From positions 372,001 through 436,000 of the forward strand of contig RSEE01000023.1 of assembly GCA_003971905.1 (NCBI GenBank): DNA of 64,000 bases, given 5' to 3'. Positions 38,622-51,345 of the stretch are shown piece after piece (position 1 is the first letter of the stretch; each line of letters starts with the position of its first letter). Below the pieces are notes generated by a model, which saw only the letters and a list, made by a program, of their open reading frames with translations, was not told the DNA's origin and made no database searches. Position numbers and translations under genes: made by a program. The DNA comes from Moniliella sp. 'wahieum' (taxonomy: Eukaryota).

Positions 38622-40886
38622 GGTTGCTGCGGCAGAGAGACCTCGGAGGTGGTGACAGAAGCCGGCCGCAACGCACGCTGGACCACATTGGCAAGCGGGC
38701 CCGGCCGGGCGCGGGGGAGGACAACCCAGCGACAGACTGGCCCCGTGCCCCAATTCACCCATCACCCTGACTTGCCTTGGGCACCAGCCCAGTCAGCCGG
38801 GGCGCAATGCCCACTTGGATCCTAGGGTTGGAGGCAAGGCGCGGCAGAAGGACAGTGAGGGGAGCAGGCGCAATTATTGGCTGGTGCATCTGTTGTTCAG
38901 TGCAGCCGACCGAGCCTAGTAGGGTTGGTCCTCGCCTCGTCTCGGCTGGCTGGGTTCGACTGGGGCTTGAACAAAGGCGAAAGCACCCCCCCCCCAGCCC
39001 AGCCCCCAGCTGGCGCCCGCTCGTCACCATCACCCAAGCCAGGCTGGCACGTCAATTCCGCGTCACGCGTCACGTCGGGTATGCCTTGTGCCAAATCTGT
39101 CTTCTGTCCCATAGTGCGTGCCGGGTCGCTGTGAGTAAGACCACGGACGCTGAGTCCTGTGTGAGTCCTACAGAGTACGCAATTGAGCTCAGCCAGTGAG
39201 CCTCAGTACTGTGCATTGAGCACCGAGCGTACCATGCGCGGTGGTGGTCTCATGGTTGCGCGCGCCAAGGCGGGGCGGTGATGCCGTTGATGCGTTGAGG
39301 GAAGAAGGGGAGGGTGAGGAAGAACACAAGAACCCGAGGTAGCCCCCGCGATGCCAGTGATGGTGGTGCTGATGACGGCAAGCGGTACGCGTTGAGCGGA
39401 CGGCCGCAGTGGCCCTCGTGCTAGACCTACGGAGAGCGGGGTGCTGTTCAAAGCGGTCGAGGCGCTTGGTTGACAAGCCGCTGGCTCCTCGCGCTTCTTG
39501 CAGCTTGATGGCGTACAGCAATGTACTTAAAGTACTCGTGCAATGCAACGGGTCAAGGGCCAGCGGCACAACCCACTGGGACGTGGAGCTTGAAGCTGGA
39601 ACGGTTGATGGCCGTGGACCGGGCCGTAGACCGCTGGTGTTTGTACGATGAAAAGTTAATGAAGCTTGAAGCTGCACTTGAAGTACGCGTGAAGCTCAAA
39701 CAGACAACACAAGGACAGTTCCCGGCGACCGCACCGCACCATTGCACCATGCCCGGCGCTGGGTGCACCCTGCCTGCCGCACAGCAGACTGCAGCCGGTA
39801 CTGGTGGTGCCAAGACGGTCGGCCGTCCGCCTTCTCATCTGGACGAAAGATACAGAGCGAATTGCCCCAAGCGGAGGCGCTGCATGTTGCACGCCCGATG
39901 CTGCGTCATGTCGGTAGCCAAACCGAGGCGCTCGGGTCTGTATGGAAACAAACGAGCACCACGAGCACCAAGACGAAGAGGTTGCGCATGGGGAGCGCGT
40001 CACCGATCACTCGCTGACCGCCCATCTGACTATCTCACGTCGTGGCACATCTCTCATCCCAGGCAGGCCGCGGCGCGTTCCGCGTCCCGAGCGACGGATC
40101 CCAGGCGACCCCACGCCCATGTGTGCGCACCCGAAACGTACATGACGATGCGCAGCAAGCTCGTGACTTCGGGACCGCCGCCCCCCTGCCACACCCGTTC
40201 ACCTTGACCGCCCCAAACAGCACCGCGCACGTACGATGGACGGCGGGTGAACGTGGAACGTGGAACTCAACGTGCCTCAACGTTAAGATTCGAGGTCTCC
40301 AAACCCCTTGCCTCCGTCCCGCCCCCGCCCAGCCCCATGGAACGCGCGTCACCCGCCGTTCCTACGCGGCGTCCGCGCTGGTGAATGCGACATGGGCCGC
40401 GCTCCGCGCTCCGAGGCAAGGTGCAGCTGTTCCAGCCCAGACGCTGGCACGATGAAAAATAGGGCCCGGTACGTGGAGCAAGGTGCATGATGCGGGGACG
40501 CGGGGACGCGGGATGGGCTACAAAGCTGGTTGTTGGAGACAGACGTGGGTGTGTACATAGTCCTGTTCTGCCAAGGACGTCTGCAATACAAGTAAAGTAC
40601 AGACTGGTATGTGGAGGAAGGAGGGGACAGGGGGGGGGGGGAGGGGGGCAGCAACGAGAGGGGCACAAGCGGGAACAAAAGGGGCAAACATGAACAAAGG
40701 CGACAGAAAGGGGGAGGGGGCCCAGCAGGGGATTACGAACGCAAAGCAACAGTGCACAGTGGAGCGGGGCAAAAGAAGGCAAGGCAGGCGGGCGGTCGTG
40801 CACGCGCGCAAGAACGCGAGAGGGGGAGGCGGAATCAAAGCAAACCGAGAGCAAACGTGGTATCAAAGCAAGTGGCCGCCAGACGA

Positions 40887-42973
40887 CTAGCTTCGGGAGG
40901 AGAACAGAGCGTCAAAGCCATACCCCAGCGGCAAAAAGTCGTCTGGGGAAGAAGCCGATTTGTCGTTTGGCCTGAGCTGGTCCGAGGGAGGCGAAAGCGG
41001 CTGGTTGGGGATCGATCCGCTGCTCGGTCCGCTACTCGCGCCCGTTTTGCCGCCGAGGGCATGTCGAGCGAGGGGAAGGAGGCGGCCCAACCCTCGTCGT
41101 TCGAAGGAGGGAACACATCGTTCACACCCAGCGAACGCAACAGCGCATCCGCCTGGCTCTCACTCGGCATCTCCGATGGCGTCGACGCCGCTGCCGAAGT
41201 AAGGGATAAAGGATCCGACGGCGCCGACGCAGACACGGACGAGTCCCGCGCCGAAGGAGCGGACGAAGCTGGACTGTCGCCTGTCGCAGCAGGAGGCGAG
41301 ACGTGCGTTTGCGTTTGGGTCCAAGACGGCTCGGATACCGCGGGCGGTAACAAGGCTCCCAACGACAACTCGTCCAACCCCAACCCCAACCCTTGGCTCG
41401 GGGTCATACTGCCCGAGCCGGGGTACGGGGAGGAAATGCCATCGGCATGCATCTGGGCCAGAGCAAGGGGGTTGAACCGCATGTCTGCTAGGTGGGGCGG
41501 AAGCGGGTACGACCCCACTCCGGCCGGGGTAGAAAGACCACTGGCGTTCTGCGAGCCTGGCATAGGTCGGGGCGCAACGGGTTGTTCGGGCTGGAGCGCC
41601 GTCATTCTCATTGGTCCCAATGAGGCGGGGAGCGGCGGGCGAGGGTGGGCGATCCGGTTCGGCTCGAGGGGCGAGAAGGATGGGTGGAGCGGTCGCCTCC
41701 GACTTGGTGGCCAGAAGGGTTGTGAGCTCGGCTGCCTTCTTTGCGATGGCCGAGCGCACTGGACGAACGCGATGGATGCGCCGAGTGATGGGCGTGGCCA
41801 ACGTGCAGCGAGGGCTGCAACACACCTTGTTGTTTGTGAGCAGTGGACAGTCGGCCAGAACGATAGAGCTCTTGTGCTTCTTCGCTCAAGGTCCACCACG
41901 AGCCTTTGCCCGCGGCGGAAGCTGGCCTGGGGACCTTGACAAACAAGTTGCTCTTGATCGACAAGGTGGACTTGATGCGGTTCTTGACGCGGGCCTAGAA
42001 AGCAGACGGAAGAAGGGGCAGGGTTGCAGGTTAGTACATGGTCACACGAATATTCAAGAAAACGGCACACAAGACGTGAAGCGCGTGCTGAACCTACCTC
42101 CCAGTCCTTGCCATTGGCCCACTCGTGGATCTCGGGGAACTTTTGGCACATGCCATGGAACAGATCCTGGATTACCAGGCGGTGTTGTGGCGATTCAGCA
42201 ATGGTGGCGCAGATCATGTCGGACCAGATCAATCGTTTGCCGTTGACGTAGAAGGGGGAATTCCGGGGGCCGTGGCCATGGGCGGCATGGGACCCGGCTG
42301 CGCCCTGGGCTGGATTGGGACCATGGCCGTTTGCCTGAGCCGCGCCGGGTGGCAGGGCGGAGGGATTTATGGGTGAAAAGGCAAAGGAGGGATCAAACGA
42401 GCCCAGGCCGATGCCGGGGGTGGAGTAGCCCGTGTGGGCCAGATTGCGCGCGCCGGGGCCACCTGGGCTGCTGGCCCCGGAGCCTGGGGCAGAGATGCCA
42501 CTGGGGGTGGCACTGGACGAGGGCGGGAACTGGCGGGCAGCAAAGGGCATGCCGCCGGCGGCAGCAAAGCGGGCGAGCTGGTCGTTGAGGTAGGCCAGGG
42601 ACGCATTGGTGGTGGCGGTGGCCGCGAGGTTGGGTGCGGGGTGGAGGAGGTGGGCGGGGGGTGCCTGGGGCGGGGCGGGGGCGCCCGGCGGGAGGCGGGC
42701 TGGTTGGGGCCAGGCATGGGGACAAAGAAGTTGGGGTGGCCGGGGAAGGGCGGGAGGCCGGGGGCGGCGGCGGGGCGGGGGCCGAGGTGGAGGCGGCGGA
42801 GGCGGTGGGCGGCGGCGCAAAGGGGAGGAAGGCGTTGGGCGGCGGCGGCATGGCGGGCATGGCCGACGCGGCGGGCGGGGGCGCGGGGGCGGGCGCGGGG
42901 GCGGCGCGGGGGCGGGTGCAGCGGCGGTGAGCCAGGGCGGGGGCATGGGCGCTAGCGGCTGCGGGGGGTTCAT
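40887..42973 (-). CDS. Forkhead/winged-helix transcription factor (divergent domain), intron 41995-42097
   Basis: LIWSDMICATIAESPQHRLVIQDLFHGMCQKFPE..DWE|ARVKNRIKSTLSIKSNLFVKVPRPASAAGKGSWWTL; intron GTAGGT..TACTAAC..TAG. Confidence 0.85.
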
Positions 42974-43689
42974 AGCGGGGCAGATCGACAGGCGGGCGGA
43001 ACGGGCGGAAGACGGCGGCGGCGGTGTGGTGGGAGAGACGAGGTGTGGATGGCTGCTGCTTGGCCGACCAGCGGGGCGGAGGGAGAGATGAGGTCGCTGG
43101 GGACCGATGACGCGCTGAGCGCTGATGGATGGCTGATGCACGGCACAGCACATCGCCCATCGCTGATCGCTGCCGATGACGCCGCAGCCCGCCTTCCAAG
43201 TGTGCTGACCTCAGCGCAGCGCTCTGGTGGGCGCACGCGTCACGCGCAGCACAGCACTGTGCGCGGGCCAGCACCGAACCACCTAAATCCCGCCACTTGG
43301 CTGCAGCTGCACCCCGCCTGCTGCGGGCCCTGGCCGCCTCCCGCAGCCGCGTGCAGCCGCATGCCAGCCAGGGGGTCAGCAGCAGACAGCCGCAGACAGC
43401 TCAGCCGCTGGGGCGCTTGGACGTATGTGGGCGTTGCCCACGGCTGGTTCCGCCTCCCGTACTTCGGAACGCAGACTGAGTACGCTCCGACGTTTAGGCC
43501 TGACCCTCAGGCGAACGTCCAGTGCCCGTCCAGCCATCGCTCAGCCACTTGTCCCAGCGCCTCGTCTCCTCTGCTTTTGCCGCCCACGCACCTTCGACCA
43601 GCGCATTCGTTCGCTAGGTATTCAGACGCTTGGCGCTTACCAGCCAAGCGCCTCCCGTGAGGCCTGAGGATTACCCGGAATGAGATCAT

Positions 43690-44080
43690 TCGAGATGCGT
43701 CAGATGCGTCAGACATCAGTGCATCACATCCAAGGCTCTCAGATCTCTCGGATCTCTCAGATCTCAGGCGGAGGAGGGGCAGCAAGGGGCAGCTGCCTGG
43801 ACGATGGCGTACCGGTTATTAGCGGTTACCGTTACCTGTAGTGCAGTCAGGTCAATGATCGATGATCGTCGATCGATGTTGGATGCTGTTCGATGAACGT
43901 CTGAATGTGAGCTCTCCGAGATCTGAGCCGCTCTGTTCCAGCCTGCCCGCTTTGCCAGTAACTAGTTACTAGTTACTAGTTACGCTTACGAGTTACTTGT
44001 TACTAGTTACCAGCTGCGCCAGTCACTCTAGTCACTCTAGTCACTAGCAGCAGCCACTAGGGGGACTAATCTTACTAGGG
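43690..44080. repeat. TNA-palindrome heptamer and 9-mer cluster in the forkhead/SET divergent intergenic region
   Basis: TAA.CTAG.TTA.CTAG.TTA.CTAG.TTA 43959-43982; TGA.TCGA.TGA ~43856; TCA.GATC.TCA ~43757; (AGTCACTCT)x2 44021-44038. Confidence 0.85.
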
Positions 44081-44301
44081 TAGTGTAGCAGTGGAGTATT
44101 CGCATTTGTACATTTCATATTTTGCCTTTGAAATGTGAAGGTCGAAGCTTGATACATGATGCATGATAGCCTGAGGGATAGCCGCCCGTTCATTCCGCGC
44201 ATCTGCCCCGCAGCCTTCCGTCCAGCTTTTGCAAAATCCCGCCCATAAATGGAGGACTAGGGCCTGCTCGGCGTGGGGGGTTCACCACCGAAGTGCCCAT
44301 C

Positions 44302-45704
44302 ATGGCCAGGCAGAACGAGCTTGCACACCACACGGCCTTTCGCACCTGGCTTGCCCAGTCCGGCGTCGAGCTGCACCCCACCTTGATCTTTCAGGACGAT
44401 CCCATTACTGGATGGGGGCTCTTTGTTGCCCAAGACGCAGATGAGGGCGCAAGTGCGGGCGTGCCCGCCCACACCAAGGTCCTCCGCATGCCCGCAGCGC
44501 TCGGCATCACGCCCCTTGTCGCCCACACCGCCTTGATGTCCCTCATTGCTTCTCTCTCTTCCCATCCCGATGGGAGCGAGACACGCGCAGCCCTCACGAC
44601 CCTCCATGCGTTTGACCAGCGCAGCACCCTCGTCCTCTACCTCGTTCTTGCTCGCTGTCTCCTCGAAGCTGGCCCCGCTACCGACACCAGTGCTGCCCCC
44701 ACCCTGTCTGCCCACCTTCCCTACATCCGCCTTCTTTCCGATCTGACCCGTCCTCCCCAACCTCGTACACTTCCGCCGAGCTCGCCCTCCTGAGTCACAC
44801 TTCCCTCGGCGCCTCGGTACCGGAAAAGCAGGAGAGAAACTAGCCAGAGCGGCCCAGCTTGCTCAGCGATTTGTCCACTCGCTGTTCCAGCTGGCCAAGG
44901 TCACCTCTCACCCAGCTGCTGCCTGGCTCGCTCCGTCATCTGACAAGCCCTTTCTCTTTTGTGGGAGTGGGGGACTTGTGTCTATGCCTCACGCGCCTTC
45001 CCTGCCACCATGGTCTACCCCGGCACCCAAGATGGGGTACCCATCCCCCCTGGGGCGAAGACTTGGCGCCCATCCTCCTCCCTGGACTGGACAGTTTCAA
45101 CCACCAGCGTCGCGCTCAGGTCGTGTGGCATGTTGGTCGGGCTGCCCAGCCATACCCGGCGCTGGATGCGCTGTTTGCGCGCGAGACCACGCACCTCGAA
45201 GGAGGCCATACCGCCTATCTCGCCTCCAATGGTTCGGCCATTGCGTTCGAAGTGCTCGGACCCGTTGCAAGCGGCGAACAAGTGTTCAACAACTACGGTC
45301 CCAAGGGGAACGAAGAACTGCTGTTTTCTATGGCTTTACCTCCGGATGGACCGGACGATTACGTTCGTCTCACCCTGCCTGTTTCGCCTCCTGTGCTGGT
45401 CGAGCTGAGTCGGTCAAATACGTCGCAGCTCGCCTCGGCAGCCAAGGCGGTAGCCGACTGGAATGGGGGGACAAGGAGACCGGTGGGAGACAAAGGCGTA
45501 CCTCCAGTTGGCCCAGATGCTGCAAGATAAGTTGACGCTCGAAACCGACAGCTTGGCCCGGGCCGCTCCACTCCCGTCGGTCCCGAAACGCGCAAAACCA
45601 ACTTGCTCAACATCATCACCTACCTGACTTGCCAGTGCGACATTCTCTCTAACCGCCCACAAGCCGCAATCGAGCTGGCTAAGGCGGCCGGCACATCCGA
45701 ATGA
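44302..45704 (+). CDS. SET-domain protein lysine methyltransferase (Rkm/Efm1/SETD3-like); indels
   Basis: FRTWLAQSGVELHP..GWGLF; YASRAFP; PILLPGLDSFNH; GEQVFNNYGPKGNEELL. Confidence 0.85.
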
Positions 45705-45984
45705 ATCGAGCGCGAGTAGAAGGGTAAACCAGAAACACGAGTGCCGTAAAACGTGTCATTCATAATCAGCTGACCGCGAACCTACGTTCATGCGCGCAAC
45801 CCCCAAAACGTAGTTTAGTGTCCGCCGTGTTACCTAAGCGGGCATTGTATGCTATCGGGCCTAAGGCTACGGCTAGCCTGTATCCAGGGTTTTACAGGGC
45901 GGGATAGCGGGCTCGTATCAGCGGCGTGTGTTGGGCTCGCTCTCTGGCACCTTTACTCTGGCCCCTTCCCACCCTCGCCTGACC

Positions 45985-46862
45985 ATGTCCAGAAACTAGT
46001 TCTGAGCGTTGGGGTCGGGGGTGCCACGAGCTCGGGCAAGACAACGCTGAGCAAACACTTGGTTCGACCTGCTCAGTCCGGGGATGAGTCGGGCCGGACC
46101 CCCGCAAGGTTGCTGGTGCAAGACGACTTTGTTCCCGAAGAGAAGGAATTGGTGGAACGAAGCGTGCATGCGACGACTGGGATACGCCCTACGGTCAGTC
46201 GACTACCTTCGTTGGCCAAGGCGATTGCGCATGCCAAAGCGCGCGGGGCGCTGCCGGAGGATAGAGAGTCGATTGATCATCTGAACCAACTCCCACCCGT
46301 ACGGTCAGCGAAACCTTTCGTGCGCATTGGCAGAGTCGCTTTGCGTCCTTGTTGCAAGACCATCCCATCAGGATTGTGATCTCGGAAGGGTTCCTGCTCT
46401 ACTTTTCCCCGCTCGTCCGCCAGCAACTCGATCTCCGCCTCTTCCTCCGTACCCCGCGGGACCAAGTGCTCCAACGTCGGGAGCGTCGGGGAGGGTACAA
46501 TACAGCCGAAGGCACTCACTGGGTGGTGCGTACTGCGTTCACCCTGTCCGTTTGGATTGCGAAGACGATGACTGACATGCGTGACGCCACCTATCGACAC
46601 GTAGGATCCGCCCGGGTACTTTGACAAGTGCGTCTGGCCTGCGTACCAACTCGCTCACCGCAATATGTTTGTCGATGGGGACGTGGAGCACGGGGCGGCG
46701 ATTGACGACAAGGATGGGGAGGGCGATGGTGGGCCGGTTGCCGATCTGGTGTTGATTGAGGACAAGTCGACCGGCACAGAGGACACGGAGGAGATTGAGC
46801 GGCAGGTGAACTTAGCATGCGAGGCAGTGGAGAGGGCAGTGCGCACGCTCTTGGACAAGTAA
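45985..46862 (+). CDS. NRK1: Nicotinamide riboside kinase-like P-loop kinase; one intron, indels
   Basis: VGVGGATSSGKTTLSKHL, QDDF, IVISEGFLLY, RRERRGGYNTAEGTHW|DPPGYFDKCVWPAY..H..MFVDGDVE. Confidence 0.85.
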
Positions 46863-47387
46863 GTGGATGGAGATGGTTTGCTCGCCATATGTCGAACGTC
46901 AGGGGTATCGATAGCGCCCCGCTGTATCCGCGGCTGTTTTGCCGCAGACGATGGACTGTTTGGCGACGGGTCCAAAGGGACCACCGGTGTTAAATTATTG
47001 CTCCAAGCCTTTGTGTACCACGGCAACCTTGGCGTAATTGCCTTTCCCTCCTTGGTTGTTGCTTGCACGCCGCCATCCTTGATGGGTTGGCAGACATAGC
47101 CGGACAGAGCAGTAGCACCTATACCATTCATCGCCTGCACGCACTATGCGTCCTCTTCTGCTTGCGGTTGCGGTTCCATTCAATATTGCCTGTGCAACAC
47201 GCGTACCACAGCCAACGCCCCCCTGAAGGTGTGGAACTGGCAGGCGGAATATTCTGGTTCCGCTGCGTGGATCATGTTGATTTGACTCTACCGCCTGGAG
47301 CAGGTGTTGGTGTTGAGCGTGATAAATGGGGCGAACAACGCTCTGGCACCCGCGTCATCACGCGTCCTCTCCCGTCTTCGACTTGCC

Positions 47388-48779
47388 ATGCCCAGTGCTG
47401 CCCTACCAAGGCGCCGTTCCATCCTGTCCAGCAACAAGCCCCTCAACTAGTCCAGCCACCTGACGGCCATTTCAGCAAGGCCATGTACGCCAAACCAGCC
47501 TATGGCATGCCCCGTGCTCCAGGCCAACAAGCTACCCGTCTACCAAAACCCCCGGCTGCCGCTGCCGCTGCTGCTCCGCCAGGGCAACGCCAGGTGGGCA
47601 CCTACGATGGTGGACTGGAGCGCGACGAGCTTCGTGGTCGCCGGACCGCTTCGGCCAGCGTCAATGCCGCGCTGGCATTGGACAGCAGTGCACCTGGGTA
47701 CGCCTTGTTTCCTTCGTTTCTGCCTTGGTTGGGAGCACGTTGCTGACGCGATGCCATTTGTTGCCGGTGGCAGGGAGGTGATGCACAAGTTGACCAAGCA
47801 ATGGCGTCTGAAAGATTTTGAGCTGGGCCGCGGGCTGGGCAAGGGCAAGTTTGGGCGTGTGTTTATTGCGCGAACGCGGCAGCCGCCGCAGTACGTGTTG
47901 GCGCTCAAGTGCATGTACAAGAACGAGATTGTCAAGGACGGCCTCGAGGAGCAGATTCGTCGTGAGATTGAGATTCAGATGAACTTGCGCCATCCCAACG
48001 TGCTCAAGCTCCATGGTTATTTCCACGACGAGGGCCGGATCTTTCTCATGGTCGAGTTTGCCGCCCGCGGCGAATTCTACAAGTACATGAACTCCCTTCC
48101 CTACCGTCGCTTCCCCGAGCCAACAGCAGCCAAGGTATGTCGCCCCTGTCTGTCTGCTCGTCTCTTCTTATTCTTGTTCTTACCACTCACGCACCCTCCC
48201 CTCTCCCGATCCAGTACATTGCCCAGATGGCCGATGCACTCCAGTATTTGCATTCCAAAAACGTCATTCATCGTGACATTAAGCCAGAGAACCTGTTGAT
48301 GGGCATCCACGGCGAACTCAAGATCTCTGATTTTGGGTGGAGCGTGCATGCGCCGGGCAACCGGAGGCAAACCATGTGTGGAACACTTGACTACCTGCCA
48401 CCCGAGATGGTCGAGCACCGTGCGCATGGCAAAGGTGTGGATCTCTGGGCGCTCGGCGTACTCACGTACGAATTTTGCCAGGGAGATCCTCCCTTTGAGG
48501 AGGATCGGCCTACCTCAACGTACGATCGCATCGCCAATGTTGATCTTCGACTGCCCTCTCGCCTTTCTCCCGAAGTGCAGGACTTGATCCGGAGGGTACG
48601 TCCTTCTGTCCCCGCCGTTGCTTCTCGCTGCCATGCCTGACCTTTCCTTTTTTCCCCTGCCCATCCAGCTGCTTCGCAAGGAGCCTCATAAACGTCTGCC
48701 GCTTACTGACGTTCTTACCCACCCTTGGATCGTCAAATATGATCCCCAAGCTGCGGCCCGCGCCAGCTCGCGGTACTAA
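47388..48779 (+). CDS. IPL1: Aurora kinase (Ipl1/Ark1 ortholog), three introns
   Basis: [82 protein letters not shown]. Confidence 0.96.
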
Positions 48780-49343
48780 CCATCCCCCCCTTCCAAGCAC
48801 GTCTTGGCTGCTTGTTTGGTCGTGTGCATCATGCATCTCGCCTCACTGTTTTCGTTTTTCACTCCCCTCTTCGTGTTCCCTGTCGCGGCTACTGGCCATA
48901 TTTCTCAATGATGCTTTACTCTGTGTCCCTGGCTTGGATTGAATGTAGAAGCCCAGGTCACGGCGTGGGTGCGGGTACGGGTCAGAGGAGTAAGACCGTT
49001 TTGAACGGGGTGGGTCATGTTGCGTTGACGCATGGATCGGAGGGTGGCATATGGCAGTGGGGCGGCATGGTAAGTGTGCCCAACAAGCAATCATCGTTAT
49101 ACGTTACGTTAATCATCGATCGCCTGGGATCCCATACGTAGCAGTCCTAAGTATAAGCGCACCCATTCATTCCGCGGGGCGGAAGTAGCGCGTCCGCATG
49201 TGGCGCTGCCGATCGGCGTTTGGCGTTTGGCGCCTGGGTTGGCTTCTGCCTCTGACACGTCTCCCCACGCCTCCTGCCCAACCAACCCACACGACACTCC
49301 CCTTCCCAACAGCTGCCCCCCCACATTCCCCCTCCAACCTCCA

Positions 49344-50092
49344 ATGTGGTGCGCTCCTCTCCACTCACCTGCACACAAGGATGCATGCTGACCTTCCCGC
49401 TCTTTCCCGCGCAGCAAGCATGTTCTCAATGCCCAAGTGGCCATCCGCGCCCCGTGCTGCCGGAAATGGTTTGACGTACGTGCCTTTCCCTCCCCCTTCC
49501 CTGTCGTACTGGCTACCCTAACCCCTTCCCTACCCAGTGCCCCGAGTGCCATGCCGAAACACAAGACCACCCACTCAAGAAAACAACCGAGATGGTGATG
49601 GTGTGCAAAAAGTGCCGGCGTGCGTTCCGGAAGGATTTGGGCACGTTTGATGAGACCGACGAGTACTGCCCCCATTGCGACAACCATTACGTCGTCGAGG
49701 CCAAGACGGCCAAACCAATGTACGGCGTAGAAGGCCAAGACTCTCGGATGGACAACCAGTACGTTTTTCTTCATTTTTTTCTCTCTCTTGTCCCCCTCCC
49801 CCCCCCGCCCCTCGCCTTCCGCCTTTCCTCTGGCGACCGTGTGATGACAAGGATGCTGACGAATGTTAGCATGTACGCCGATGCTCGGGCGCAATTCGAT
49901 CCTCGTCTCGACTTTTTCCGCACCGAGGTCGAGGCCCAGGCTTCGGAGCGGCTGGATCAGGGCGGTGTGGTGGGAGCCTTGCGCGCGCAAAAGGAGGGCG
50001 AGACGGCGGCTGTGGCACCAGCATCCGAAACGCTGCTCAAGCAGCGGGCAGCTGAGTTGGACATTAATGATGACGACCTCGATTGGAGTTGA
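49344..50092 (+). CDS. CHY zinc-finger protein, 3 introns, 5-nt first coding exon
   Basis: Spliced MC|KHVLNAQVAIRAPCCRKWFD|CPECHAETQDHPLKKTTEMVMVCKKCRRAFRKD..EYCPHCDNHYVVEAKT; intron 49349-49414 GTGCGC..GCTGAC..CAG. Confidence 0.9.
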
Positions 50093-50509
50093 GCGGGGAA
50101 CCGGGAACGCGGTTCGGTTCCGCTCATGGAACGCAGCGAAGAATGGATCTTTGCAGCATGCAGGTTTCGGCTTGTCGGTTTGTCGGTTAGGTTCCACGCA
50201 GCGGGATGAGCTGCTCGAAACGCGGGCATTGCCACAGATGGATCTGTTCTCTGTTCTCTGTGTTCTGTTCCCGGGTTTGTCCGGCCTGACGTGTTGGTGA
50301 CGAACAGGCTATACCCCCCTCCCCACTCTGGCGCCCACTTGCCCTCGACATCTCGGCACTGCTGGATTAAGACCAAGGCCGGAGGGGGACGGTGCAGGCT
50401 GCAGCAGGTTCGGTCGCGGGACTACCGTTGCATTGCTGTTCTTTTGTTGTCATGTACCTTGTTCCATCTGCGGGGACATTGAACGTCTATCGTCGAAAGT
50501 TGAACGTCG

Positions 50510-51319
50510 AACGCTAATCACCGCAATCCTGCTTCTCTCGCCTGGGACGTACTTGATCTTCTTGTAGGCTGCTGTTATGATCAGTTGGCCTCTTTACTCT
50601 CTGGTAGTTACGGAACACTCACAGAGATATTGTGTTGACCACCACGAGTCCACAGCCCATCATCTTCGCTTTCAGTCGCGCCTGACGCGATGCAGAGCGT
50701 CGGGCCAGGCGTGCGGGACGTCACGGAGTTCCGGCTTCGGAACTTGTCCCAGCTCATAGGTCTAGCTCTCCATCCCCTTTCGCCAACCCCGCTAGCTAGC
50801 CCGGTGACAAAATGGAATAGAGTACCCATCAGTTTTCGAAGTTTTTTTTACAAGAGACCGCTTGACGATATCCGTCTCCACTGTACTCACGCACCATCTG
50901 GAGTTTATGAGTGAAGGAGATGGAAGCCAGAGGGTCCTGACATAGTGGCGACTGCACTGGCCTCTTCACTGTAGTAACAGGAACAAGCAGGGCACGCCGG
51001 TTCATTGAGTGGACTCGTTTATCCTGCGAATGGTATGAATTCAGAGTGAATATAGATGTGCGCTATATAGATTCCAACAGAGGAGTGGCGTCACGCGTCG
51101 AAGCTTCGTCTGGTCCAAGAATTCGGTTGAGCTGCGCCGAAAGAGCGCATCAATATATGCACGCACTCTCCTAGGGCCGCAGCGCATCTTCTCTCCCGCT
51201 TGCAGCTTCAAGCTGCGGAAGCGCAAGTGCTGCTCTGCAAACGCCACCCCCGCCCTAGCCGAAGCGATCGACACTACATTAGCCGATGAAAAGCGGAGAT
51301 CGACGAGGGAGAAATCCAT
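50510..51319 (-). CDS. Possible small spliced hypothetical gene
   Basis: ATG ORF 51319-51041 followed on the minus strand by two GTGAGT..CTGAT..YAG intron-like segments (~50890-50795, ~50622-50572); no family recognised. Confidence 0.25.
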
Positions 51320-51345
51320 CGAAGAGAAGGAGGGATTGCCGGTTG

